Assembly (NCBI RefSeq): GCF_009914755.1
Contig: NC_060939.1
DNA length: 64,000 nt
Source of the DNA: the human T2T-CHM13v2.0 reference genome, Homo sapiens
Direction: 5' to 3' (one strand)
Positions within the stretch are counted from its first letter, which is position 1, and every line of letters begins with the position of its first letter. This document shows, piece by piece, positions 1-14,529 of the stretch. The notes under the pieces were generated by a model. The model had not been told where the DNA came from. It made no database searches and worked only from the letters and a program-made list of their open reading frames with translations. The position numbers and the translations under genes are program-made.

Positions 1-762
1 CTGATCATTGGAGAAATGCAAATCAAAACCACAATGAGATACCATCTCACACTAGTCACAATGGCTACTATTAAAAAGTAAAAAGTCACAGACGCTGGGG
101 AGGTTGCAGGGAAAAATGAATGCTCATACACTGTTGGTAGGAGCATAAATTAATTCAAGCATTATGGAAGACAGTGTGACAATTCCTTGAAGACCTAAAA
201 ACAGAAATGTCATTCAACCCGGCAATTTCATTACCGGGTATTCACCCAAAGGAATATAAATTGTTCTATTATAAAGACACATGCACACATACATTCACTG
301 CAGCATTCACAATAGCAAAGGCATGGAATCAACTTAAATGCCCATCAGTGATAGACTGGATAAAGAAAATTTGGTACATATACACCATGGAATACTATAC
401 AGCCAGAAAAAGAATGAGATCACATCTTTTCTGGGAACATGGATGGAGCTAGAGGCCATTATCCTTAGCAAACTAACGCAGAAACAGAAAACCAAATACT
501 GCATGTTCTCACTTACAAGTGGGAACTAAATGATGAGAACACATGGACACATAGAGGGGAACAACACACACTGGGGTCTATCAGAGGATTGAGGTTGGGA
601 GGAGGGAGAGGATCAGGAAATATAGCTAATGGGTACTAGGCTTAATACTTGGGTGACAAAATAATCTTAACAACAAACCCCCATGACACAAGTTTACCTA
701 TGTAACAAGCCTGCACATGTACCCCTGAACTCAAAATAAAAGTTAAATAAAAATTAAAAAAA
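1..762 (+). mobile_element. Older L1PA (about PA13-16) ORF2 end and 3'UTR
   Basis: GAAATGCAAATCAAAACCACAATGAGATACC; ORF 207..452 resembles the L1 ORF2 C-terminus; ends CCTGCACATGTACCCCTGAAC plus A-tail. Confidence 0.9.
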
Positions 763-3119
763 GCAGCTCCCCAGATGATTTGCATTCACATTAAAATCTG
801 AGAAGCACTGATCTAGAAGAGAATTTACATTTTTGGTTTCTAACAATCTCACATAGCTAATGAGCAACCTCTATAGATGACTTACCAAGTAAAGAAGATG
901 TAAGGGATTGGAACAAACAAAAGGGTAAGGAAGGGAAGGAAAAGAAGTCTGTAGATAAAAATAGGTGGCAAAAGCAATGGGAAAAGAGGGAGAAAAGTGT
1001 GGACAGGGTGAGACAGTAAGGGAGTGATTTGGTTTGAGAGTGTGCTATACTTTCTGGAAATGGAACAAAGGAATAGGTTAGAGTAATAAAAGAATAATAT
1101 TGTTCCTCAATAGCACCAAGGTTCAACTGCATCTCTTTTCTAAGTTGCATTTCCACAATAAATTAGCAACTGAGAAACAAAGTACCCCATGAGATACCTC
1201 CCAAAAAGCAAGTGACAAAACTAAATAGACATAAATTTTTTAGAATAAGAGAGGTAGCAATCCCTCCCTTCTGTGTTTTCCTAGGCAGATCTCAGTTGGA
1301 GTACTGTGTTCATTTCTTGGCACATAAATGGTATACATGCACCTGGAACAGGTTCAGTAGAGAAGGACAATGATTTAGAAGGAATTTTAACCAACATGAA
1401 ATGGGACTAGTTAAAGAAATAAATGCAACTCAATGCAGAAAAGACCTGGCAGGTATGACTGCTGCCTTTAAATACTTCTTCAAGTTAAATGAGAATTGAA
1501 GTTGTTCTGAATGGACAAAGAGAGAACTAGAACCAGAAAATAAAAGCTACAAAAAAAGACAAGAGTTCAATATACAATAGGAAACTTTCTAATAGTTGGA
1601 AGAAGCTATCCAAAGTTGGAATGTGCTGCTTTGAGAGAATGAAAATTTCCTAAGGCAGGCTGAACAGAGTACCTACTAGTACCAACAAACTTATTTCATG
1701 CTGAGGTACAGTCAGATAAACACAAAGCTAAACTATGAAGACCTACAAATTCTGACAGAATTTAGACTTTATCTGGGAAAGAAAATACATTAAGTGTGGT
1801 TATTGCTAACTAATTTAAAAACAAGGTTTCAGGGGAAATTAGTAAATAAATATGTAGGGAAAGAGTAAGATGTGACTACAGAATTTCTACAATGAGAGAC
1901 TGAGAAAGCAATTAACACGAATTATTTGCTAAATAAAGAGTTTTTGTGATTGGTGTGTTAGGCCAGGTTTCAGAGTAGATTTTGTGTTGTTGTTTATGTA
2001 TCCTGTGAGGCTACATGACATAGTGAAAGGAACATGAGTTTTACAGATAAACGGTGTTTATAATCAAATCTCAGTTCTGCCACTTACTAGGTTTGTGACT
2101 TGAGGCAAATATTTACAATCTACAAAGTAAGATTATATCAAGTACCTTCTAAGAATAGTGCAAGAATATAATCAGGTAAGATAAGCAAAGCTCCTTGGCA
2201 CATAGCAGTTACTAATAAATCTCACAGGATTCTCATGAGAGTGAATTACACAGTACCTGCAGAACAGGTGTTAATTTTCCCTTCCCCTGGTCACTGGAGA
2301 TATCTATATTTAGGTTGGGATAGAGGGGAGGAATTGTAAGCATCAGAAGATTTAAAGTTGCCTTCCAAACTAGACACCTTAAAGTTCTACTATAAGGGTA
2401 GGTATTTAGGGATGTGCTGGCTCTAAATTATTCACCGTAGAGATTAGCTATAGTCAGAGACTCATAAAATATGATAAAACAAGTGATTATGCACCACTTA
2501 ACTGGATATAAAAATAACTCAGTTATAATACTTCACAGTAATGATAGCCATGGTAGAGAGATTTTTTTCTATATTCACTGACCTAACAATAACTTTAAGT
2601 ACTGCCATTAGGAGTTTTTGTTTTGTACAACATGTAAGTTTTGCATAATTTGGCTGAGAAACAAATTTCAATTACAATGGCTATATATTGATTCACTACT
2701 GAATTTACCTACCATCTCCACTTATACTGAAGATAAAATATAATAATTTACTGAACTTTATTTTATTTTTTTAGAGATAGGATCCCGCTCTGTTGCCCAG
2801 GCTGGAGTGCAGTGGCATGATCACAGTTTACTGTAACCTCAAACCCCTGGGCTCAAGTGATCCTCTCGCCTCTGCATCCTGAGTAGCTAGGAATAGAGGC
2901 TTGCACTGCTGTACCTGGCTAATTTTTATTTTTATTTTTGTAGAAACAAGGTCTCGCTATGTTGTCCAGGCTGGTCTGATACAGACGCAATTTTTTTTTT
3001 TTTTTTTTGAGATGCAGTCTCACTCCGTTGCCAGGCTGGAGTGCAGTGGCGCAATCTTTGCTCACTACAACCTCCACCTCCTGCGTTCAAGCAATTCTTC
3101 TGCCTCAGCCTCATGGCAA

Positions 3120-3201
3120 TTTTTAAAAAATGGAGTATTTTCAGTCTGCGGTTGGTTGAACCCACAGATGTGGAACCCACAAATACGGAGGATCAACTGT
3201 A
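3120..3201 (+). mobile_element. MER2 (Tigger2-derived MITE) end
   Basis: GCGGTTGGTTGAACCCACAGATGTGGAACCC...ACGGAGG...ACTGTA. Confidence 0.65.
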
Positions 3202-3903
3202 TAGCAAAAAGGAGTTAAAAAAATGTTAACAGCCAGCCGCAGTAGCTCATGACTGTAATCCCAACACTATGGGAGGCCAAAGCAGAAGGACTGCTTGACC
3301 CCAGGAGTCCAAGTCAGCCTGGGCAACAAAAAGTGAGACTCCGTCTCTACAAAACAATAAAAAATTTGCCAGGCATGGTGGCACGTGCCTGTGGTCCCAG
3401 CTACATGGGAGGCTGAGGCAGGAGGATCACTGGAGCCCAGGAGGTTGAGGCTTCAGTGAGCCATGTTTGCATCACTGCACTCCAGCTTGGGCAACACAGC
3501 GAGACCCTGTCTCAAAAAAAAAAAGAAAGAAATTTATGTCAATAGATTGTCTGAAACTATGCACAAAGAGACTATATAGGAAGGACAGAACCAAAGTGTG
3601 TGAGTGGAAGTGAATGAAAAGTATGGTAATTACAATGGCAATGCATTTGGTGACCCCAGGAGATCCCAAGTTCCTGTAATGGGCCTCTCCTCAATACCTT
3701 CTTTACTAACCAGGTTTTACAACTCAATAAGAAGCCTTCACTGAAGACATTTATTAACGCGAGGCAGTAACAGTTCTTTGTACTTGCCATCATTATAAAG
3801 AGAATTCTGGATAACCAAAATGATCACAGGATTACTTATAAGACACAGCAAATAAGCACACTGAGTTTAACAGGTGCCCTCACCTTTTGACTTGAACAAC
3901 TTA

Positions 3904-4074
<171 letters not shown>

Positions 4075-4695
4075 TCAAGAATATTTTCTTTAGCATTAAC
4101 TCATTGTGGTATGGACTTAATTTATTCATTCATTTGGTTAGTCAGTATGTCATTTTTAATAAATGTTTGTTATTGAATGTTAAACACAGTCCTTAGTTTC
4201 ACTGAATAGCAACTACTAAGAAGTTATTTTCTAAAAGAAAAAATTCCCTACTCCTCAGTAACTAGACAACACCTATCTGGATACTCCAAGCCCATTAGAC
4301 AGGTTATCTAGATAAATGTTTATCATCAGTAATGTGGTGGCTCATGCCTGTAATCCCAGGACTTTGGGAGGCCGAGGCAGGCGGATCACCTGAACTCAGG
4401 AGTTCGAGACTATCCTGGTCAACATGGCAAAACCCCATCTCCACAAAAAATACAAAAATTAGCCAGGTGTGGTGGCAATGCCTGTAATCTCAGTTATTCA
4501 GGAGGCTGAGGCAGGAGAATCGCTTGAACCAGGAGGCGGAGGTTGCAGTGAGCCGAGATCGTGCTACTACACCCCAGCCTGAGTGACAGAGAGAGACTTC
4601 ATCTCAAAAAAAAAAATCACACAATGAGCAAGTATAACAAAGATATACTTCATGACTTCTAGCACACTACGATCTATTCTGAAATCTCCTCCTTA

Positions 4696-5076
<381 letters not shown>

Positions 5077-5506
5077 TCAAGAAACAAAAAACGAAGAAAA
5101 GAAGTGGTATACAAAGGAAGCAGAATCTTCCACTCTCCTCCCAGGCCTATGCAGCACCCTCTCTCCCAAATGCTTGACAGGCACACCCTCCCACTTCTTA
5201 GTTTTATCTTATTCTATCTGCCTACAAACAATAACTTAAAAATAAAATATTTTTGGTATTGAAAAGGCAGTGTTCATAAGTTACTCTAGAAAGTAAGAAA
5301 CCAGCTCTAGGTGTCATCTGCATTGACGAGGACATCTGAACCAAGGCAGCGCCTAGTTAACTAGTCCTTGGGTAGCACTAAAGTATTCACATAGCCCAAC
5401 TTAGTGATTCTAACATTGTTCTAATTTGATTCAACATTAAGTGGAATTCTTACAAAGCAAAACAAGTTTTACTTAGAAAGACTGAAAAGGAATAATCAAT
5501 ACATAC

Positions 5507-5605
5507 CAGAGTAGGAACAGTAAACATCTGAACTGAAAGTGCAGTTATAGAGATACTTCTGTCATGATCATCACTGATATATTCTTTCTGCAGTTGTTTA
5601 TAATA
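5507..5605 (-). CDS. UBR1: UBR1 exon 11 (99 nt, [33 protein letters not shown])
   Basis: cag|TAT...CTG|gtatgt; cumulative c.1281. Confidence 0.96.
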
Positions 5606-7199
5606 CTGAAATATATAAGTAGAGAATCAATTATAAATCACTATTAAAGACCTTTAAAAAATCCCAATTTTAATAACTGCTGCAGGTTTGTTTCTATCTA
5701 TAAAATGTCAAGTAATATAATTCCTATTTATTAAGGCAAGATATTATGATCAGCAAAAATATCTTAGAAGGAGAATAACAAACAACAAATCAAGTAAAAA
5801 TTCACCTACTCAATTTAGCAGAGATAGAAGTGGAAACTATTAAAATATACACATAGGTTAAAAAACAAACAAACAAACAAACAAAAAACAGAGGACTGCA
5901 ATGGTATAGTTTATCCTTTCTCCAAACAGAATCTGGGGCAATCTTTAGCAGCTTCCACTCTAATGGTATTGGGCAGGGAATATATTCAAAGTATTTAACA
6001 ACTGATATGACCCAGAAAAACCAACCAATCAGATTGAATCCAGCCTTAAACAGAATGGATGCTGGCTGCAAATAACTTCTTTCCCATACTGGTACATAAC
6101 AGCTGCAAAACAACCCTGATATACTGGGAGAACAAAAATAGGAATATACTCAGTCACATAATAGGCATCTATTATGTGTAAGGCACAAAGTTGGATACTT
6201 AACCTACTTTAAGTTAGATACTTTACCCTCCAGAATTCCTACAAAGTTTAAGGGGTAACCATGGTGTACAAAAAAAATCATCTAAGTAGGGAGATTAGCT
6301 TTTGTATAAGAAAACAAAATTTCATTTCAGATCACACATATGGTCCAATATTCTATATCTGAAGAGTTTTAGAAGAGAACATCTTGAGTTGCCATCACTG
6401 CTGAAGGATAAGACATACAACAAATGTCTTAGTTACTTTTAAGTCTGCATATAAAATCCAGGTAATGCAGGTATCTTATCCCACAGTGTCATTTGCCTAC
6501 AACAATCATTATTTCTTTCTCTGCTTCCAATTCCATCTTGGGTCCTATATCTATCTTAAGTCTTACAGAATTGACTGCAACTCAAAATCAGAGGAAATCA
6601 ACAAGTATGACTGGCAAGTATGATTGCCTTATATAAGGCAAAATAAAAGATTCAAAGGAGTCCTTGATCTGTATACCCTTGCAATCTAATTTGGTAGATA
6701 GACAAAAAGATACAGTAAGGTAAGAGATACATGATAGATTAATAAAACATTAAAAAGCTGTAAATTTTAGCCTTATGCTTTAGCTTCCAAAAACTAAGTA
6801 GAACTCTTGGCCACCTAATTCCTGCCCCCCACTTTAGCATACACATCTGTTCTTCTTTCCTGCTATACTTTTCAATTAGTCACTTCTATTCTTATTGTAA
6901 TTTTACTAACAGGCAAATAAATGATTAGGAAGACTGAATGCATATGTGAATGTGATAACCTCCCTTTGCTCTGGGTCAGTGGGTCATTTTCCACCTATCT
7001 CTTCTCTAAGAATGCTGTTTCTATACTAGCAAATAACATTTGTGAAAATATTTATATAACGTATGAGAACGAACTTTTTTTTTTTTTTTGAGATGGGAGT
7101 CTCACTCTGTTGCCCAGACTAGAGGGCAGTGGCGCGATCTTGGCTCACTGCAACCTCTGCCTCTCAGGTTCAAGTGATTTTCCTGCCTCAGCCTCCTGA

Positions 7200-7385
<186 letters not shown>

Positions 7386-7473
7386 TGACAAAGAAATAAA
7401 TCATAACATTTAATTTTTGATTCATAATTATCCCTGTTTCTATTAATTCATTTATAAAAACTGCCTATTTCTA

Positions 7474-7599
<126 letters not shown>

Positions 7600-8242
7600 T
7601 TATTTTGGGGAGGGTGGGGGAATGAGGAGAATCACCAAGGCAAAAACCAAAAACATTCTGGCTATTAGAGTGGCAGAATATTATAAAATTACTTCACATG
7701 CAAACAGACCTCAAATAGTATTTATTGTATTAATATTTAATAACTGGAATTTAAAATACACACATATATTGCCTTTTCCCTCTTTTTCTGCACCCCTCCC
7801 ACCACTTCATCTTACACTTCAATTTACTCTCTCCCAACCTTTTCATTCTTTTTCTATTTCACTGTACTTTTCCTTCTCCATGCTTTTAGCCTTTTACGTT
7901 TTGTTCTTCATTTAGATTTTTACAATGAAAATAGCATCTTTTTCGCTACTCGATAATGGCACTACTACCTGAATATATAGATACATGTATAGACACATAC
8001 ATATATACTCTTTTTGACTGGCTCTCACTAAATGAAAAGACTCTATAATTAAAAGACAACATCCCTGGGTTTTAACACCAAAGAATACATACTGACTGGT
8101 TAAACTTTATATTCACATGTAGTATCTTATCAATCAAGATTACAGATTTAATAACTAATTTAATAAACAAAAGATATTACAGCTCCACTTTAAGGTCATA
8201 ATCTTCCTTTGCTTCCTGACAAACAGCATAAGCAAATGTCTA

Positions 8243-8371
<129 letters not shown>

Positions 8372-8863
8372 TCACACAGTTACACAACTTGTATTCTTTT
8401 TCTTTTTAAATAGAGATGAGTCTCACTCTGTTGCCCAGGTTGGTCTTGAACTCCTGGGCTCAAGCGATCCTTCCACCTCAGCCTCTCACAGTGCTGGCAT
8501 TACAGACATGAGCCCCTGTACTCAGCCATAATTTTTATTCTTATAACATTTCTCCTAAAAGTACATTTCCTATAACATGTGAAAAGAATAATATTAATCC
8601 TCCCACATTTGAGGCAAAGAATAATTCTGTCAACATCAAAGACTCAACAGCCAATAAAAAGATATTATTTGATACTATGCACTTGAAATAATATCCTAAG
8701 ATATTATACATTTGAAATGCAACCCTGAAAATTAATCAAAGTGTATAAACCAAAAAAAAAAAAAAAGAAAAACTTTATTTCATACTCAATGACATTTTAA
8801 AATTTGTGGCTATAAAACACATAGTATTTTATCAGAAACAAGAAAAACAGGAGGTATGCTTAC

Positions 8864-8987
8864 TTGAATAGCTCATAATTTTGTTCATCCAGGAACCAAG
8901 ACGCAAAGCAAATTTCTGATGAGCCATAATCTCTGAGTGTAATACTTCTACATGAAGTGGATGTTGAGAGACATTTTCTGAATGACT
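8864..8987 (-). CDS. UBR1: UBR1 exon 8 (124 nt, [15 protein letters not shown]...KIMSYS)
   Basis: tag|AGT...A|gtaagc; cumulative c.985. Confidence 0.96.
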
Positions 8988-9213
8988 CTACAAATGAAGG
9001 GAACAAACCAAAAAAATAGCATTTAAAATTTGCTTTTAGTTAAGGGATTTATACTTCAAATGAAGAAATCACATAACCCTGCCAGTTCCAAATCTCTGCA
9101 TCTAGGTGCCCCAAACCACTTCAACGACATCATCACTCAAATTATTCTACTTGGGCTCTTGTAATGTACATTCATCTTTAACTTCTCTTTTTCCCCCTAA
9201 TTCAGAAAGTTAC

Positions 9214-9276
9214 CTTTATATCTTCCTTTGCTTCCTGGCAAGCAGCATAAGCTCCCGCTTTAACAGCCCGACGACC
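9214..9276 (-). CDS. UBR1: UBR1 exon 7 (63 nt, GRRAVKAGAYAACQEAKEDIK)
   Basis: ttag|GGT...AAG|gtaac; not in the ORF track, read manually; cumulative c.861. Confidence 0.96.
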
Positions 9277-10318
9277 CTAATTATAGACAAAAGTGAGAAT
9301 TAGGTAGTGAAATGATAACCACAATCAATAAGCAATATGTAGCCCAAAGACTTAATGAGCTCTTAACTGAGCTCTAATCGCGTGTTGACTAAAAGTTGTA
9401 AGATACCGGAACAATATCTGAAAGACAGATGCAAATGTTTAACACCTTTATGAAGTATGAAAACTTTAATACCTCTAGGACAGACAGTCTATAGTTTAAG
9501 ATGCTGAGTTTCTTGCCTGGCAGGAATGGCAGTTCTTTAGTTACTGCAGTGTCCTCTCTACTTATATGAAACAATGACTCAGGCTTTCTAAACTTCTGCT
9601 ATGTATTTAAAATATTTTTCATGAATGAATTCACAGCTCTTCAACATGTATCCTATGATATACTTGTGGCCCATTAACGAGCGGGAAGTATAGCTGGACT
9701 ACTGATTCCACCAGTCCTGGAGGCGGTCATGCAAGGTCTATGTAGGATTTCCTTGTAGCTCATTCTTTTACCCACCTGTAAAAATTCATCATTTTCTATA
9801 TGTGCCATGTGAAAAAAGTCAGGAAGCACTGTCTTCCTCATTTAACCTTTACAATGACCCTATGAAGAAGGTATACCACATTTTACAGATGATAAAAAGA
9901 AAAATAAGACAGAAGTTAATTTGTCCCCCAATCAGAAAGTTAGCAAGTGACAGATTCAGAGATCCATGACAAGCATTTCATCTCCAGAGTCTGTACTTTT
10001 AACCATCCTGTAATATTCCCTCTTTAGCTGCTTAGTACATAAGCATAAGAACTATCCAAATATATTTGGACTACTAATTACACCAGTAAGGTTGCCATTA
10101 CAGAAAAAAAAAAAAAAGCACAAAAAGCCAGGCCATAAGAGATTGTTAAAAGAACAGATTGGACAAGAATAGTTACATAAACTCGAGCTCAATCAGCTTG
10201 TATGTATGTGATGCTGGCAATTAACCTAAAGCAGTGGATCTCAACAAACAGGGGGAGGAAAACCACCTCACATCCATATTTTTTGGCTGCTATCAAAAAA
10301 TAAGAAGGGAGTTAGCTG

Positions 10319-11123
10319 CTGATCATGGTGGATGGGAGACAGGACTAGATTGGAGCTCCGAGCTCTGACTCAGATGGACAGAGCAGCACACAGAGGCTCA
10401 CATCATGAATTTTAGCTCCAGAACGACTGTAAGAACAAACCAGGAATCCAGAGAGGACCTACAGACCTTCTGAAGCAAGGGGACTGCTCCTGCAGGACCT
10501 GGGAGACACCCCAAATACTCAGTCCCAATACTGGCTATCTTTCCAGAGGAAAAGAAGTCATTATACGAAAAAAGATACTTGCACACGCATGTTTATGGCA
10601 GTTACAATTTGCAATTGCAAAATCACGGCACCAACTGAAATGCCCATCAGAGTGGATAAAGAAACTGTGATAGATATAGATACACACACACACATATACA
10701 CATACACATACATACACACACATATGTATATATACACACACACATATATGTATATATACACATACACAGGCTGGAATACTACTCAGCCATAAAAAGGAAT
10801 GAATTAACGGTATTTGCAGCAACCTGGGTGAGATTGGAGACTATTATTCTAAGTGAAGTAACTTAGGAATGGAAAAACAAACATTATATGTTCTCACTGA
10901 TGTGTGGGAGCTAAGCTATGAGGACGCAAAGGCATAAGAATGATACAATGGACTTTGGGTACTTTGAGGGAAGGGTGGGTGGGGGAAGAGGGATAAAAGA
11001 CTACAAATAGGATGCAGTGTATACTGCTGCGGTGATGGGTGCATCAAAATCTCACAAATCACCATTAAAGAACTTGCTCATGTAACCAAATACCACCTGT
11101 ACTCCAATAACCTAGGGAAAAAA
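10319..11123 (+). mobile_element. L1PB element made of ~200 bp of 5'UTR fused to the ORF2 end and 3'UTR
   Basis: Starts GATCATGGTGGATGGGAGACAGGACTAGATTG (L1PB-type 5' end); from 10520 reads as L1PB1 3' end (GAGGAAAAGAAGTCATTATACG...CATGTAACCAAATACCACCTGTAC); internal CA/TA microsatellite. Confidence 0.8.
10668..10768. repeat. Compound (CA/TA)n microsatellite inside the L1PB
   Basis: Direct reading. Confidence 0.9.
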
Positions 11124-11134
11124 TGAGTTGGCTG

Positions 11135-11770
11135 TAAAAAAAAAAATAATAATAACAAGTAATGACAAGGATGTGGAGAAACCCTTGTGCATTGCTGGAG
11201 AATACACAAAATGGTGCAGCTGCTATAGAAAACAAAATGGTGGTTCCTCAAGAAATTAGAAATAGAATTCCCATATGATCCAGCAATTCCACTTGTGGGC
11301 ATGTACCCAAAAGAACTGAAAGCAAGGACTTGAACGGACTTTTGTGTATCCATGTTCATAAGAGCATTATCCACAATAGCAGAAGGTGGAAGCAACCCAA
11401 GCGTCCACTGACAAGATGAACAGGCAAACAAAATATGGTGTGTGTGTATATATACTGTATACAGTACAATACTGTACATATATGTATATATGTGTATATA
11501 TATATACAAACAGACAAATACTGCATGATCTCATTTGTATGAGATATCTAAAATAGTCAAGCTCTTAGAAAGTAGAATTGGTGGTTGCCAGGGGATAGAG
11601 GGAGGGGAAAAGGGGGAATTGTTCAATGGATATAAAGTTTCAGTTTTGCAAGATGGAAAAGTTCTAGAGATCTGTTGCACGACAAGATAGTTAACACTAG
11701 TATATGGTACACCTAGAAAAAGATTAAAATGGTAAATTTTATGTTATGTAGATTTTACCACCATTAAAAA
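11135..11770 (+). mobile_element. Old L1M (L1MB-like) 3' end; its 5' part lies at about 10261-10300, so the L1PB interrupts it
   Basis: GGATGTGGAGAAA...CCATATGATCCAGCAATTCCACTT...AAAATGGTAAATTTTATGTTATG. Confidence 0.75.
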
Positions 11771-12906
11771 TGTTATTGATTGACTGAATGGAGATGGGGT
11801 CTCACTCTGTTGTTCAGGCTGGAAGGCAGCGGTGTGATCAAAGCTCACTACAGCCTTGAACTCCCAGGCTCAGCCTCCTAAGTAGCTGGGACTACAGGAA
11901 TCCAACAAAAATAACCTTTCTTAATGACCAAAAAATACAGGGGTGGGAGTAGATCAACTGAAGGGAGGCAGTGTTTTTAAAATACGTGGGCATTTCTTTC
12001 CTCTTCTCTTCCCCATACTCCCAATTCTGATTTCCTAGGCTTGGGCTGGCATGTCTACTCTGAAAAAAAAAAAATTATTTCCAAGTGATTTCTAATAGGT
12101 TACCTTTATCCTCATACTATAGCTGAAAACACAGAACTACAAGTGTGTATCTTTAAGGGTTTGTAAAACAGACTAACTGCAACACAGTTTCTTCTAGCCA
12201 AGGAGTACATTTTTTACTTCAATTGGGTGTACAACATTATCTCATGTCCTATTTTACCTTTTGAATAATCATTTATTAAAAAGCTTTTCTTGCAATCACC
12301 ATCACCTTATGGAGCTTTGGGACCCCAAAACAAGACAACCTATCAGTAGATAGATTAGCTGTAGCTACAGGCCTTCTCCACTTTGACTATAGAGGAGAGC
12401 AGTAACAGGAATAAAGGCTAAGAAGAGATAGGGCAAACACTGGGAGACACAGATCTTTCCGTTCCATATGAAAACCGACAAAGCACAGCCCCACGCTTTC
12501 CCAAGCTAATTCTTCTCCTGGGACACTGGTTTATCCTACTGGTATGTGTTTTTTTAGAGTCCTACGATCATGATAGCTCACAGTAATCCTACCACAATAA
12601 TATATCTTGATATCTACCAAGATTTTCCCTTACAATCTGCAATATTAACCTTGTACATAAGACGGCAAAAATGTGACCCAGGAGCCAAGTGCAGTGGCTC
12701 ACACCTGTAATCCCAGCACTTTGGGAGGCCAAGGTGGGTGAATCACCTGAGCCCAGGAGTTGAAGACAAGTGTGGGCAACATACTGAGACCCTGTCTCTT
12801 AAAATAAAATTAATTTTTTAAAAATATGAACTTTAAAAAGAGCACTATTACATCTTTAAATTTTTTCAGAATGCCTGCCTTTTTTTTTTTAATTATTATT
12901 TTTTGA

Positions 12907-13074
<168 letters not shown>

Positions 13075-13740
13075 TAGTAGGGACGGCGTTTCTCCATGTT
13101 GGTCAGGCTGGTCTCAAACTCCCGACCTCAGGAGATCCGCCCACCTCAGCCTCCCAAAGTGGTGGGATTACAGGCGTGGGCCACTGTGCCCAGCATTTGA
13201 ATGCCTGTTTCTCTCATAAGAACAGTAGAGAATACTCCTTTGAAGGTAGATTCAATCTGATTCATCTTGGTATTTCCTCAAAGTGCTTTAATAAATGTTT
13301 AGTGAACTCATTTAGAGTACCACATTTTAAGAAAATCTTTGATAAACTATTATTTACCCGGGGGAGGAGGTGGAGAGAAGGAAATAGAGCTTGATCACTA
13401 TGAGGTTATTATCATAGGACAGTTGAAGAAAACAGAGGAAAGCAAACATAAGAAATTACAGTTTTTTAAAACTATTTGATGGGTTGCCATCTGAAAGCAA
13501 AAGAAGAGCTTTTCTGGTTTGTTCAATAAGAAATTAGTCTAAAAACACATGGAGGAAGATTTTGGCTGAAAACAGGAAAAAAATTTTTCTAAGAATGAGA
13601 GCTGTCCAACAAGCAAAGCAGTCAGAGAAACAAACTTTCTAAGTGCTAAAAGCACAAGTTAGAGAACCAGGGATATTGTTCTCTCAATACAAGGATGGCC
13701 AATTTCACTTGTTTTTCACTATTTCCTATCTTACATCTTT

Positions 13741-14030
<290 letters not shown>

Positions 14031-14529
14031 CTATCTTACATCTTTATCATCAAACAGGGTCCTACTAGGACAAAAACAAAAGGCTCCATTTTTCTCCTAA
14101 GAAGGATATTTAAAGATTGTCTTTTAAGGTCTTTGTGATTACAGCCACCTAACGTTTTCTGAATGAGACAGGGTATAAATATATATTTAATAATTGTTGT
14201 GAAAATCTAACATCCCAAGTAGATTTTACTTTGTACAACTAGTACTGTAGTTGAAAATCATAAGCCTGATTAACCTTTAAAGTTCCTTCTATGACCTATA
14301 AGTAAAATGTAGCAATAGTAATATAGGTATTGACATCTGACCAAATCTGGTACCATTCTGAAGGACTACAAAATGTTCGCTAAATACCCCATTTCACTTT
14401 CTTTTTCTTCTATTATTTTCTGTCTTCTTTTCCTATCTCTATTCTTTTTGCCTTTTCTTTCTTTGCCCACTTTTCTCTTTCTTCCTCTGATTCGTTCTCC
14501 TTTCCTATTCTCTTCCTTTCCTTTTTTTC

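Noticed and set aside
9330-9740. Scattered CpGs upstream of exon 7 as a possible intronic snoRNA or other ncRNA
   Set aside because: No convincing C/D or H/ACA boxes with terminal stems found by eye; an Infernal/Rfam scan would be needed.
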